From IMG/VR virus record IMGVR_UViG_2568526722_000001: a stretch of 32,452 nt of DNA. The stretch is one strand, 5' to 3'. A program made the position numbers and the translations under genes. This document shows, one piece after another, positions 1 through 9,734 of this stretch. The notes beneath the pieces were generated by a model that had not been told where the DNA came from, did not search any database, and saw only the letters and a list, made by a program, of their open reading frames with translations. Source of the stretch: a virus. Lineage: Duplodnaviria > Heunggongvirae > Uroviricota > Caudoviricetes. Within the stretch, counting starts at the first letter, position 1, and the number at the start of each line of letters is the position of its first letter.

Positions 1-333
1 ACGGGCGTAAACCTTACGCCGGACCACCGTTCCGCCGACCAGACTCTGCAGATCTTCCGCCATCCCGGTGACCATGCCGTGCAGGTTAGAGACCGTCAGT
101 GTCGGACGGGCAGCACTGCCCTTGCCGTTCATCTCAAATCCACTCCCCTGAATGGGATAGGCCTGATACTGCCGACTCTGCCAGGTGACCGGCTCACCTT
201 TTTCATTCTGCTCATTGCAGAAAAAGTAGCGATCCCCGCCTACCTCGGTCAGGTCGATTTCCCAGAGCACCACGCTGGCCGACTGCTCCGCACGAATGCA
301 TTCATTCAGCGTTTCCTGTTGTATGTCCTGCAT
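1..333 (-). CDS. Minor tail protein L (lambda gpL-like), truncated at the window edge
   Basis: Minus-strand translation from the ATG at 333-331 reads MQDIQQETLNECIRAEQSASVVLWEIDLTEVGG..., closely matching my memory of lambda gpL. The start overlaps the stop of the upstream M gene (ATGA). The ORF runs off the window. Confidence 0.85.
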   Translation of the reverse strand, partial: MQDIQQETLNECIRAEQSASVVLWEIDLTEVGGDRYFFCNEQNEKGEPVTWQSRQYQAYPIQGSGFEMNGKGSAARPTLTVSNLHGMVTGMAEDLQSLVGGTVVRRKVYAR

Positions 334-629
334 CAGATCACCACTTCGTCAAACTGACACGAAAAATCGGTATAGGTGATATGTTCTGTCGCTGACCACG
401 TTCGACACACCACTCTGATTTTTCTGTTAATACCTGGCGGGCGCCAAAAAAAAGATTTATAGCCTTCATGCCGGGCTAAAAATTTTTCAAATGAATCACG
501 TTCATTCGCCTCAACTTTGAAATCACAGGTGAAAACGCGCAGAGAATGATTAAGTCCATTTGGACTTCGTTGCTCATAACCATCGCCAAATCTTACAGTT
601 TTTATCGATGGTTTATTTTCTGTTTTCAT
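333..629 (-). CDS. Minor tail protein M (lambda gpM-like)
   Basis: The ORF-track protein contains ...KTVRFGDGYEQRSPNGL...KSFFWRPP...QFDEVVI, resembling lambda gpM. I chose the internal ATG at 629 (MKTENKP...) because it is preceded by a GAGGA Shine-Dalgarno; the track ORF itself begins at a GTG at 671. Confidence 0.8.
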   Translation of the reverse strand: MKTENKPSIKTVRFGDGYEQRSPNGLNHSLRVFTCDFKVEANERDSFEKFLARHEGYKSFFWRPPGINRKIRVVCRTWSATEHITYTDFSCQFDEVVI

Positions 630-663
630 TCCATCCTCTGGTAACCAGTGAAATTCTTCCGTA

Positions 664-3630
664 TTAGCCACTTAACATTCCCCCATCACGTCGCATATTT
701 AACAGATTGCCCTGCACCCGCTGATCAACCATCCCCATAAGTGCTTTTATTGCCTGAGGGCCAATCTCTCCATTCTGGCCGTCATTTTGAATAGTGATTT
801 GGTATACAGGGGCATAGGTAATATCTCCGCCTCCATTACCACTTTTACTATTAATAGCTCTGACACCAAGAGAACCATCGGAAGTTCGTGTTAATGGCAT
901 AATGGCTTCCGGACCAGCCTCACCAAAAACACCAGCCCCTTTTGCAAAAGCAAAAAATTGCGGGGAATCATAAATACCGTTCGAATACATGTTCAATGAC
1001 GGAGACTCATAAACACCGCCCTTTGCATTCGGAATAAATTTACTAATAGCACTCCCGATAGTTCCTAAAATCCCCCCAGAAGAACTGTTACTAATGCTGT
1101 CGAAAATCCCAGTAATTGAAGCCTTTAATGCTATTCGACTAAGATCCGAAATCACGGAAGTAGCGAAAGAACGAAAATTTGCCTTGCCTGTCGTGACAAA
1201 ATCACCCAGCGCATCGGTCATTCCATCAAACATCTGAGTCGTGGTTGATTTTATCTGCTCACTGATATCCTTAGTGTCATCCAGCCAGTTATTGAATCCC
1301 TGGGAGGCACCACTAACCCAGTCTCCTGCCTGAATATCGAGCTGCTCGTTTTTCTGTCTGACAATGTCTTTTTCTCGTTCCAGAGCATCATTCAGAGCCT
1401 GCATTTTCTCCTGAAAAACATGATTTGACATCCCACGGGATTTATCTGCATAGTCACGTTCAAGTTGCAGACGCTGATTGTTATATTCACGTTCAATCCG
1501 CAGTAATTCCTGCTGGCGTTGCTGATTTTTATCGCCAACCCCATAACCAGCAATCTGAATATCATACCCCTGTTGACGATTATCAATCGAAGCCTGCAAT
1601 GAATCACGCCATGCAGCTATTTCGGCGGATTCCTTGATTAGCCTGTTATTTTTTTCAATCGCAACATTTTTCTCCATCAACGCGGTTATTTCTTCCCGGT
1701 GTAAGAGAAGCGATTTCTGATCCTGGGTTAATTTCGATGACGGTCGTGACTCCAGGTTGGCAATCTGCTGACGCCACTTAACCAGTTCCTGTTCAGTGGA
1801 ACTTAATTTAACGGTTAATTCAGTTTGTGAACTTAGTAACGCATTCTGTTGATTCAGATGATCAATCATTCGTTGGGCAGCATCATCCGAATAACCTTTC
1901 GCCTTTGGTTGCTTTGGATCTTTATAACGCTCATTTATTTGAGCGATAAGATTATTATATTCTTCCTTTGAATACTGACTCTTTAGCTTTTCCAGTTTTG
2001 CAAGTTCACTAGCTCTCTGCTGCTCCCGGGTCTGATATTGTTTTGAAAAGGCATCTGCTCTCTGTCTGAGTTCAATTCCTTCCTGTTGTCGCTTGTTGTA
2101 ATCGTTTATTGATGAATTTAGTACGTCCTGAGCAATTTTTTCTGCTTGAAGTGCGCCCAATTGCTGCTTTAATCGTGCCAGCCTTTTATTTTGAGCTCCG
2201 CCATCTCCAATGCCACCTAACCCGAAAACTCCGGGTCGGGTATTTTTTTCTATTTCATCAATTTGACGGAGAACATCTGAGATTTTTTGATCAAGGGAGG
2301 CCTCACGGCCAATATCCAGCATGGAATCCCATGCCCATTTTGCGGAGTCTGCGACAGCTTTCCATGCAGTCTCAAGATAACCAAGATTTTCTTTAATCTG
2401 GTTGGTGCGCTGGATCATTGAGGATGAGTATGCTTCTGTCGCAATGCGGGCGGCCTCCTGCTGGTTCCCTTCATCCTGTAGCGCCTTAATCTGGTTATAA
2501 GTCGCAATTGTCAGAAAATGGTACTGATCATTAAGTTTTGATATGGCACTGACAGGATCCTTTGCAATTTCATTGAAGTCATTAACCAGTTGTTCGGTTG
2601 ATATTCCTGTTACTTCGCTCGTTTTTACTATCGCTGTCGTCACTTGCTCCAGCGAACTGCTCGCTACCTTTCCCGAACGCACAAGCTGGTTTAATACTGC
2701 CGCCGCAGCGCCAGTTGTCGAATCAGCCGCATTCCCGGCACGTTGAGCTATATCGGCCAATTGCCCGCTGGTTGTCCCCAACTGATTTCCGGTAAGAATA
2801 AGAGATTTATTAAATTCGTCCTGCTCCTGAGAGCCTTTATAGTAAGCCAGCCCTAAGACGCCAACGGCTGCTGCGGCCAGGGTAAAAGGATTAATTAATC
2901 CCAGCACATAAGAACCAACACCTTTGATCGCCGGGCCAATCCCACCGAACATATCTTTTAGCTGGCCGCCCTGCTGCATTAACACCATAAAAGGCGACTG
3001 ACCAGTGGACAACCCAACAACAATATCCGTCATTTGTGCAGGCAACATGCGCATAGCAAAAGCCGTTTGTTTTGCCGACATTCCGGTTTTGCTTAATTGA
3101 GATTGAGTAACCTCAAGCTCACTCCGCATAGCACGAAGTTTTCCAGAAAGTTCCTCATACATTTCAGGAGAGAGCATCCCCTTAGCTTTTGCTTCATTGA
3201 GCTGTTTCTGTTGTTCTACCAGACGATTAAAAGCAGTTCCGACAGGGTCAAGTTGAGCAATCAGACGTTGCAAAGCAGCAACCTGTTCATCATGCGCTTT
3301 TGCTGCTTCTCGCTCTGCCTGAGCCTCTCCGGTAAGCTCTCGCCGTGTTTCCTGTATTTTTCGGCTATAATTCTCAAACTGAGAACCAGTAATTTTCACA
3401 TCAACAGTGCCAATATTTTGATCACCGGTATTCGGAGCTGACGGCCCCGGTACGATATCTTCGGTTTTCGCCTCAGGCGCAACTGGCGCGGTTACCGTCT
3501 GATCTTTTGCTGCGGCGTCAGCTTTTGCGTTTTTTGCTACCGCAGGGATAAAACCTACCTGCTCACGGGATACAATATCCAGGGCGGTATAAATAGTCGG
3601 GATCAACCCGGTCAGGGTATTTCCAGCCAT
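664..3630 (-). CDS. Tail tape-measure protein (lambda gpH-like) with an atypical N-terminal region of about 200 aa
   Basis: Large coiled-coil protein. The segment [41 protein letters not shown] and the C-terminus ...[16 protein letters not shown]...[10 protein letters not shown] match conserved lambda gpH blocks. Start taken as the ATG at 3630 (MAGNTLTG...) with an AAGGA upstream; the track ORF extends to 3723 but begins at a TTG. Confidence 0.85.
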   Translation of the reverse strand: MAGNTLTGLIPTIYTALDIVSREQVGFIPAVAKNAKADAAAKDQTVTAPVAPEAKTEDIVPGPSAPNTGDQNIGTVDVKITGSQFENYSRKIQETRRELTGEAQAEREAAKAHDEQVAALQRLIAQLDPVGTAFNRLVEQQKQLNEAKAKGMLSPEMYEELSGKLRAMRSELEVTQSQLSKTGMSAKQTAFAMRMLPAQMTDIVVGLSTGQSPFMVLMQQGGQLKDMFGGIGPAIKGVGSYVLGLINPFTLAAAAVGVLGLAYYKGSQEQDEFNKSLILTGNQLGTTSGQLADIAQRAGNAADSTTGAAAAVLNQLVRSGKVASSSLEQVTTAIVKTSEVTGISTEQLVNDFNEIAKDPVSAISKLNDQYHFLTIATYNQIKALQDEGNQQEAARIATEAYSSSMIQRTNQIKENLGYLETAWKAVADSAKWAWDSMLDIGREASLDQKISDVLRQIDEIEKNTRPGVFGLGGIGDGGAQNKRLARLKQQLGALQAEKIAQDVLNSSINDYNKRQQEGIELRQRADAFSKQYQTREQQRASELAKLEKLKSQYSKEEYNNLIAQINERYKDPKQPKAKGYSDDAAQRMIDHLNQQNALLSSQTELTVKLSSTEQELVKWRQQIANLESRPSSKLTQDQKSLLLHREEITALMEKNVAIEKNNRLIKESAEIAAWRDSLQASIDNRQQGYDIQIAGYGVGDKNQQRQQELLRIEREYNNQRLQLERDYADKSRGMSNHVFQEKMQALNDALEREKDIVRQKNEQLDIQAGDWVSGASQGFNNWLDDTKDISEQIKSTTTQMFDGMTDALGDFVTTGKANFRSFATSVISDLSRIALKASITGIFDSISNSSSGGILGTIGSAISKFIPNAKGGVYESPSLNMYSNGIYDSPQFFAFAKGAGVFGEAGPEAIMPLTRTSDGSLGVRAINSKSGNGGGDITYAPVYQITIQNDGQNGEIGPQAIKALMGMVDQRVQGNLLNMRRDGGMLSG

Positions 3631-3728
3631 AATTAAATATTCCTTAAAAATTTGCGTAATTGTGAATAGATGGAGTAATGAGCTATCCAGCCCTGACACC
3701 AGCTCCCATCCGGAAGCTGACAAATGTG

Positions 3729-4493
3729 TTAATCAACAATTGTGATACCGTCTTTCAATGCGTTTTGCTTACCTGCAATATCCAGTGCATCAAAAGCAGA
3801 GCGTTTCATCGTTTTCTGACCAATATCATGCTGTGTCGGACGGGAGCCGCCGCCATTGTTGCCACTGGCTTTCAGGATGTAGTCTTTCTGAGGGTAATTT
3901 TCGACGAGGAACTCCAGCGCCTCATCAAACTGCGCCAGTTCGCCAGGCTTCGCGCGGGAATAAATTTTGTTGCCGGAAGCGTCATAAGCAACGATCTTCC
4001 CTTCTTCCACTTTGAATGCCTGCCCGAAGCGGGCTTGTAATAAATCTGCCGGGATCGCAATTTTATCGGCAATATATTTTGAACCCGCAAAACTACCGCC
4101 AATCATAGAATCGTAAAGCTGCGTCTCCAGCATCTGAGAGCGTTGCTTTTCTTCATCTAATTGCTGCTGAAAATTTTTCGTAATTTCTGCCTTAACCTGG
4201 TCAACCTGTCCCGCATCGAGCAGCTTTTTCTGGTCGATTTTTGACAGCATTTCCAGTGCCTCGATCGCCTTCTTCGGGTCTTCGATAGCGGCAAACTTAG
4301 CCAGTTTTTCCTCTGCAGCTTCTTTAGCCAGGCGATGATTTTTTGCCTCGCCATTAAGCTCTGTAATTTTTTTTGTCGCCAGCGGTGCATCGAAGCCAAT
4401 TTCTTTACCATCGTCGTGCACATAAACTGGCAGGCCAGCAGTATCAATTTCTGCGTATTGTTTTCCGTTAATCTCGACCGTTTTCAGTTTCAT
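3729..4493 (-). CDS. Coiled-coil, charged phage protein, possibly a head scaffold-like protein; start uncertain
   Basis: ORF of 278 codons rich in K/E/A/Q ([30 protein letters not shown]...). It sits downstream of the head-morphogenesis gene, where scaffold genes usually lie. Candidate starts are the ATGs at 4493 and 4538 and the GTG at 4565; none has a strong ribosome-binding site. Confidence 0.4.
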   Translation of the reverse strand: MKLKTVEINGKQYAEIDTAGLPVYVHDDGKEIGFDAPLATKKITELNGEAKNHRLAKEAAEEKLAKFAAIEDPKKAIEALEMLSKIDQKKLLDAGQVDQVKAEITKNFQQQLDEEKQRSQMLETQLYDSMIGGSFAGSKYIADKIAIPADLLQARFGQAFKVEEGKIVAYDASGNKIYSRAKPGELAQFDEALEFLVENYPQKDYILKASGNNGGGSRPTQHDIGQKTMKRSAFDALDIAGKQNALKDGITIVD

Positions 4494-4549
4494 ATTAGTA
4501 CCTGGTTTAAGTCTTCCGACAGTTACGCTGCTCACCATCCGGATCGCAG

Positions 4550-4578
4550 CAATAAAAAAGGCCACCCGAAGGTAGCCT
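4550..4578 (-). terminator. Intrinsic terminator (8-bp stem, UUCG tetraloop, U-tract) just after the head-morphogenesis gene
   Basis: Minus-strand RNA reads aggcuaccUUCGgguggccu followed by uuuuuuauu. It lies 20 nt downstream of the stop at 4598. Confidence 0.5.
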
Positions 4579-4597
4579 GTTGTAATAAATGATTTAT

Positions 4598-5713
4598 TTA
4601 AATCCCTGCTTTTCTGAATACCTGTGCATCACGCTCACGGAGCTGCTTCAGCGTCAGCCATTCGCCTTTATCGGTGTAAAATTCATCTGGCGACATACCA
4701 CCATCCCGAATCAGCTTTGCTCGGGTTTCCCCCACAATCTGTTTTTGTCTGGTGTAAGGCTGACGCAAAAACCATTCCCTGTAGGTTGTATCTCCGGCCA
4801 CCACGCCATCCATGCTGGCCCGCTCAGCCGGGGAAATATCGCGAACATCAATACCCAGTTCCTTCGCTGATTTCAGAATGAACGTTTCCGTTGAGCGGCA
4901 GCAGAAATGAATTTTTCCCGGCCCCTGCAAATAAGGCACGCTGTGACCTACAGGTTTATTATTCAGCGTATATTTGAGGCGATCCCTGATTCGACATTGT
5001 GGCGTAGTACGATTATCAAGCGTTGATAACCATTGCTTACCCTTAATCAAATCATTATTCGCGCTGGCAAAACTCTCACGGGCAGTAGCAGCAAGATGTC
5101 CAACCGCTGTTTTTGCAATGCTGGCCGCATTAGCCCGGCTCATCTGCAATGCACCATCCTGAAATCCCTTACTGACATGTCCCCGAATTTTTCTTGCGAT
5201 CTGCTCATTGGTATCCCCCAGCAAAAAACCCTGACGCACTGTATTTGTTATGCGTCTGAGCCGATCCGCCTCAAGATCTGAGGCCCACTCACTGAGCAGT
5301 CGTCCCTGGAATGGTCGCGCCATTGCAGCGGCATAAAGTGCATCAGGAGAGATACCAACCAGAGGGTGAACATCAGCAACAAAATCAGGTAGCATAGAAT
5401 CAAACAGACTTAACTGATAACCAGCCTCATAAATTGCCAGCTCGTTCAGCTCTCCGGAGAGACGGGTAAACATGCTGTTAATAGCAGCGCGGTTAACCTC
5501 TCTGACACTCGCCAGAAGTGACTCCAGGCGCGTAACGGTAAAACTACCAGGATCGAGGCTGTCCAGTGCTACCAGCAGGCGAGCTGTAAGCTCCGCATCG
5601 CTGTCATTCAGTATTTTCACCATTCTGGCAGCCACACCAGTGCTATAGCGGGATATCCAGACTGCATGAGCAATTGATTCATCACGCAGCCGTTCATTCA
5701 CGGTTTGCATCAT
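4598..5713 (-). CDS. Phage head morphogenesis protein (SPP1 gp7 / Mu gpF family)
   Basis: 371 aa with features I associate with this family (for example ...TTPQCRIRDR...), located directly downstream of the portal gene. Starts at an ATG ATG pair at 5713 and overlaps the portal stop. Confidence 0.8.
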   Translation of the reverse strand: MMQTVNERLRDESIAHAVWISRYSTGVAARMVKILNDSDAELTARLLVALDSLDPGSFTVTRLESLLASVREVNRAAINSMFTRLSGELNELAIYEAGYQLSLFDSMLPDFVADVHPLVGISPDALYAAAMARPFQGRLLSEWASDLEADRLRRITNTVRQGFLLGDTNEQIARKIRGHVSKGFQDGALQMSRANAASIAKTAVGHLAATARESFASANNDLIKGKQWLSTLDNRTTPQCRIRDRLKYTLNNKPVGHSVPYLQGPGKIHFCCRSTETFILKSAKELGIDVRDISPAERASMDGVVAGDTTYREWFLRQPYTRQKQIVGETRAKLIRDGGMSPDEFYTDKGEWLTLKQLRERDAQVFRKAGI

Positions 5714-7100
5714 TGATTTCCATCAGCATTACACTCTGATTTTTTAATTCATCGATCACTTCCTCTGGACGGGAATCCTGATCGATAAATTTCAACGCCT
5801 GCAACACCCGAACCGCATCAATCTGACGTATATCACCGCCCTGACGCAATGACTGAACAGCCAGCGCGGAGGATGAGTCAAACACCTGGGCAGATACATC
5901 CAGTTCAGTGCGCACATCCACATTGCCACCGCAACTCTCTCCGATCCATTCCGCCATTATCTGGAGAATATTATCGAGGGCATCTTCGAGGGAGTTCGCC
6001 ATTGTATAAAGCGGCGAGTTTTCCTGCATTCGCTCTTCATTAGTCTGATCAACAGATTTGGTGGATGTATTTTCAGCACGCAGAAGTTTAGCGCCGGCAT
6101 GACGCATCTGATTTTCCAGCTTCTCAAGTGATGTTTCGCCAGATTCTATCGCTGCGCCACTATGTTCAACATATTCGAGGCCATTTTTTGTTCTGTCCTC
6201 AAAAATCGTAGCGGTGGATGCACCAACCGTCAGTTCTTCATTCCTGTCCAGCCCGTAGGCCACCAGCAATGGAACGCGGGCAACATGAAGAATATTGTCC
6301 TGCTCGCTCTGGCTTTGCCAGTGCTTGATATTCAGCAAGCCAAGATTAAGCAATGGCGGTGTACCACGCATAAATCCTGTTTTCTTCGTGTACAGTGTTA
6401 CCAGAGGAATATCATCACGGCTGGTATTCCATGACTCATGAAGCGTCCAGACAGATTCGCCATTAGTGCCTTCGCTACGTCGATAAATTTCAACTCGACG
6501 GGGCATAATATGGCGGATCTGCTCCACCTTCTTCTGCCCGAAATCATCACCATCAATAATGATGACCTCTTTTATACGCAAATCAGTGAGAACAACTTTC
6601 CCTTTTTCAACTTTCGATTTCCATCCAATAACCTGGCGTGGATTCAGCATCGTAACGTACGGACGACCACCGGCCGCGTTTTCATCGGCTTTTGTCCGAA
6701 TCTCTTTCATATCCGTTCGTGGATAGTCCACCAGCGCATGTGCCACACCATACTGAAATGCGAGGCTGAAAAATTGCTGCGCCCACACATCCAGTCGGCT
6801 CCCCTCCATGTCGATATTTTCTGCATATTCCCTGATTTTTGCCGGCGTTTCCTCACTCAATACTGTCGGCTCTGCAAATATGCGCCCAATATTTTGCTTG
6901 ATGCTTTCTTCATACACAGGAAGTAGCGTAGCCACAGACAGGCGTTTTTTATAAGCGTCTTCATCTTCGTTAGGCCATTTTGGGAGATAATTTTCCCCCT
7001 GCCTGCGCATTTCAAGCGTACCGCCCATCAGTGCGTCGTTAATATCCCACGCCTCCAGCATATCGTTATAGTCGAGGTTGGGTGTTGATATATCAGCCAT
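5694..7100 (-). CDS. Portal protein
   Basis: 468-aa ORF immediately downstream of the large terminase subunit and upstream of the head-morphogenesis gene. Size and position are typical for a portal protein; ATG start confirmed at 7100. Confidence 0.7.
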   Translation of the reverse strand: MADISTPNLDYNDMLEAWDINDALMGGTLEMRRQGENYLPKWPNEDEDAYKKRLSVATLLPVYEESIKQNIGRIFAEPTVLSEETPAKIREYAENIDMEGSRLDVWAQQFFSLAFQYGVAHALVDYPRTDMKEIRTKADENAAGGRPYVTMLNPRQVIGWKSKVEKGKVVLTDLRIKEVIIIDGDDFGQKKVEQIRHIMPRRVEIYRRSEGTNGESVWTLHESWNTSRDDIPLVTLYTKKTGFMRGTPPLLNLGLLNIKHWQSQSEQDNILHVARVPLLVAYGLDRNEELTVGASTATIFEDRTKNGLEYVEHSGAAIESGETSLEKLENQMRHAGAKLLRAENTSTKSVDQTNEERMQENSPLYTMANSLEDALDNILQIMAEWIGESCGGNVDVRTELDVSAQVFDSSSALAVQSLRQGGDIRQIDAVRVLQALKFIDQDSRPEEVIDELKNQSVMLMEINDANRE

Positions 7101-7102
7101 AA

Positions 7103-8404
7103 TTAAATCCGAAGTGATGTGACTCTTCCGGTCGGTTTGACAATAGGGAATTGCTTAACGATGAAATAACCTCCGGCATCATTCGGGTGATCATTGCCAG
7201 ATTTTTTATCAGGCTCCCCCTTCTCATCCCAGACCTGTTGCTCCAGAGATTCGGCATATAACGGGCAACGCTTCACATTAACTTTATAGCGACGCTCACC
7301 ATTGGCATTGCAGAACATTGCATTCATTGAGTTAACGCGATCTTTTACTGGCGGGTTCGAGCTGTTCACCACAACGTTAAAACCAGCCTGCTTAAGCTGG
7401 GCTATATCCGTCGTACTTGCGTTACTTGATTTTCTGGAATCCCCGGAAGCATCTGGATAAATATAAATTTCCCTCACTTTCCGGTAATCATTCCCATCAT
7501 ACAGCCAGAAGCGTTCTTTAATGATGCGGATCATATCCGGCGTATCGTAGGCATTGATGATTTCAGTTACCGCACATGGAAGCCCCAAACGCAGCACATG
7601 GACGATTCCCGCCATCTTTCCAACGTTAAAATCCATCCCAATATAAATCGGCTCCCCTGGCTGCTCCACTTCTTCGCAATTATTCAGTTTCCGGTCAAAC
7701 TGATGGTAAACAGTACCACTTGTCAGGTTAGTAAACTGTCCTCGCAGATAGGCTTTAATCAGCTCTGGAGGGTATGATTCAAGAAGCGAAGGAATGTAAT
7801 CTGCTGGCAGGTTCTTTTCATTATCGAAAGTAGATGCCTGCACCAGACCATACAGTGAGGCCAGCTCTGTTTTTTCACGCACGGCTTTAACAAACTGCTC
7901 GTAGACAAATTTGAATCCTTCCGGCGTGGTTGTAACGTCAATACCGTTGCGAAGTCCATCAATCTTATAACGCATACGCGCAATTATCTTGCGCCACGCC
8001 GTTCTGGCTTTTTCCTTCGGCAAAATGTCCAGTTCATCCACCAACGCATTACCAATTTTGAAACCGACGATCGTTTGTGGCTTCTCCATCGATCTGCAGA
8101 TAGTGGTTCCCCGATACTGGCGTCCGTAATAAAAGTGAACCTCTTTATTTCCCTCATTAATTTTTACGTTCAATCCCCAGTCAGCAGCAACTTCTTCCAC
8201 TGTAGGGTAAAAAATATCGCGAATTTGGGGATACGTTGGCGCAAAATATCCCTGATTTATACCTGGATGCTCCCAAATCCCCTTGCATATGCCGCCACAC
8301 CCAACCCATGTTTTGCCCGAGCCAAAACCAGCAATATAGGCTTTAAATTTATGGGGCATTGAAAGAAATCGCGCCTGAGGCACATTAAGCGTCGGAGAGA
8401 TCAT
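7103..8404 (-). CDS. Terminase large subunit
   Basis: Walker A motif (AGFGSGKTW) near the N-terminus and a size of about 433 aa. The ATG at 8404 has an AAGGAG Shine-Dalgarno with 8-nt spacing; the track ORF begins at a GTG at 8413. Confidence 0.85.
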   Translation of the reverse strand: MISPTLNVPQARFLSMPHKFKAYIAGFGSGKTWVGCGGICKGIWEHPGINQGYFAPTYPQIRDIFYPTVEEVAADWGLNVKINEGNKEVHFYYGRQYRGTTICRSMEKPQTIVGFKIGNALVDELDILPKEKARTAWRKIIARMRYKIDGLRNGIDVTTTPEGFKFVYEQFVKAVREKTELASLYGLVQASTFDNEKNLPADYIPSLLESYPPELIKAYLRGQFTNLTSGTVYHQFDRKLNNCEEVEQPGEPIYIGMDFNVGKMAGIVHVLRLGLPCAVTEIINAYDTPDMIRIIKERFWLYDGNDYRKVREIYIYPDASGDSRKSSNASTTDIAQLKQAGFNVVVNSSNPPVKDRVNSMNAMFCNANGERRYKVNVKRCPLYAESLEQQVWDEKGEPDKKSGNDHPNDAGGYFIVKQFPIVKPTGRVTSLRI

Positions 8405-9479
8405 CTTCATCACTCCTTACTCTGGCATCAACCACATTAATATTGATCGCCACAGGCTGGGGATGTTCATTATCTTCCACCGTTTCGATCTCTTTGCGCA
8501 GCTTCTGGTTTTCCATTCTGCGCCGTTCAATTTCCAGTTCCTGTAGCCGCTTATCTGCACATAAAGCCCCGCCAGCAGAAAGCAAACGCAACAATTCACG
8601 CCGGGCGGCAGCCTTATCCTCCAGCAGGATCTCAACGCCGAATTTTCCGAATTTTGCCCCTGCATATAATTGCCGCGCATCCCCATCAAGCAGAGTGGTA
8701 TCAGCCATATAAAGCTGTCCCGTTCCCTCACCGCAGCACTTCGGGCAGTCCGGATTGGGTATGGCGTTATCAACAAAGCCGAGGCCTCCATATTCCGGTT
8801 CGGGTTTGCCATCTCTGGAAGCCTGCGCCGCTGCCTTGTCGAATTCTGCTATATCGCGCCACTGGTAGAGATGATTCTCGCCCCAGCAATAACGGCAGTT
8901 AACACGGCGAAATTGTGCAAGCTGATTGGGGTCGGCCAGGACAATGGCCATCAACTGACTCACTAGTAAATCCAGGTCTGCGGTATAGCGTTTCTGGTAC
9001 TGATTGCGGAAGTAGCTGATAGCGCGAAAAACCCTGGCATTTCTAAGCATACGACTGGCGTTGCTGTTAGCTGTCGCACCTTGCCCCTCATAACCGGCTA
9101 GTCGGTACGCCTCTGTCGGCTTTTTACCCTGAGCAACAAGCATCGCAAACTTAGCCTGCTGGTCAGAAATGCCGAATTCATCGGGACAGAACGAAAATTC
9201 CTCCGCGTCGCCCTCATTCAGGCCCGCATCGAATACTGGCTTTTTTTCCTGAGATTTTTCGTTCCGCTTTTGTGCAGTCTGCGCAGATTTTTTCTGCGCA
9301 CTTTTTTGCGCAGTTTTGCGCATTTCTGTCTGCGCATTTTTCGGAGTTTTTTTGATGTAACGACGGGCTGTTGCGTAATTCAGTCCCCTTGCTTCACACC
9401 ATGCCACCGGAGATATACCGGAGCGGGTGTATTCAGCAATATACTCCTGCTGCAACGCCCCCCAGTCCGGTCTGCTCAT
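8385..9479 (-). CDS. Terminase small subunit-like DNA-binding protein
   Basis: 364-aa ORF directly upstream of and overlapping the large terminase. It has an N-terminal HTH-like region, a lysine/alanine/glutamine-rich repeat and an acidic C-terminus. ATG at 9479 with an AGGA Shine-Dalgarno. Confidence 0.6.
   Translation of the reverse strand: MSRPDWGALQQEYIAEYTRSGISPVAWCEARGLNYATARRYIKKTPKNAQTEMRKTAQKSAQKKSAQTAQKRNEKSQEKKPVFDAGLNEGDAEEFSFCPDEFGISDQQAKFAMLVAQGKKPTEAYRLAGYEGQGATANSNASRMLRNARVFRAISYFRNQYQKRYTADLDLLVSQLMAIVLADPNQLAQFRRVNCRYCWGENHLYQWRDIAEFDKAAAQASRDGKPEPEYGGLGFVDNAIPNPDCPKCCGEGTGQLYMADTTLLDGDARQLYAGAKFGKFGVEILLEDKAAARRELLRLLSAGGALCADKRLQELEIERRRMENQKLRKEIETVEDNEHPQPVAININVVDARVRSDEDDLSDA
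9280..9336. repeat. Five phased TGCGCA hexamers each followed by a T-tract (candidate pac or terminase-binding site)
   Basis: TGCGCA occurs at 9280, 9295, 9307, 9317 and 9331, each followed by 3-6 T residues. The array lies inside the small terminase gene and encodes the AQK-type protein repeats. Confidence 0.5.
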
Positions 9480-9482
9480 CAG

Positions 9483-9734
9483 TTAGTCCTGATTTTTATC
9501 CACCCTGAGTAGTTCGCGCAGAGCAAAGGCATCCCCTTTTCTGGCAAGCTTAAACAATGCCGCTCGTAACTCGGCTTCACCTTTCGCTCTGCCCTTACGG
9601 ATGGCCGCATAAAAATCTGTCATTGCTTCCCGATTTTCTTTCAGTCGGTTCAGATCAACATCCAGAACGTCAGCGATTTGTTGTGCAGTCATCCGGCACG
9701 CTGCCAGAGACTCGACTTTCGAATACGGAATCAT
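9483..9734 (-). CDS. Small putative DNA-binding protein of 83 aa upstream of the terminase genes
   Basis: ATG at 9734 preceded by GGGGGTGA. The stop lies 3 nt before the small terminase start. The 5' end overlaps the upstream gene by about 65 nt, so the start is uncertain. Confidence 0.45.
   Translation of the reverse strand: MIPYSKVESLAACRMTAQQIADVLDVDLNRLKENREAMTDFYAAIRKGRAKGEAELRAALFKLARKGDAFALRELLRVDKNQD

Noticed and set aside
79-357. 92-aa plus-strand ORF at the left edge
   Set aside because: It lies antisense to the well-supported tail protein L gene and has no ribosome-binding site; treated as a shadow ORF.
1392-3441. Several 65-114 aa ORFs in both orientations inside the tape-measure gene (1392..1607, 1425..1637, 2109..2396, 2543..2795, 3097..3441)
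   Set aside because: They are alternative-frame or antisense ORFs within a long, clearly homologous coding region. The low-complexity, repeat-rich tape-measure sequence readily produces such frames.
3631-3723. N-terminal extension of the tape-measure ORF (track start at 3723)
   Set aside because: The first codon is TTG with no Shine-Dalgarno. The ATG at 3630 with an AAGGA upstream is the more plausible start.
8417-8966. ORFs of 82-131 aa overlapping the small terminase gene in other frames
   Set aside because: They sit inside a coding region with a good start and protein-like composition in the chosen frame. No independent support.
9240-9340. Possible CRISPR-like array suggested by the repeated TGCGCA units
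   Set aside because: Units are only 6 bp with irregular 10-15 bp spacing, inside a protein-coding gene. This is not CRISPR architecture.
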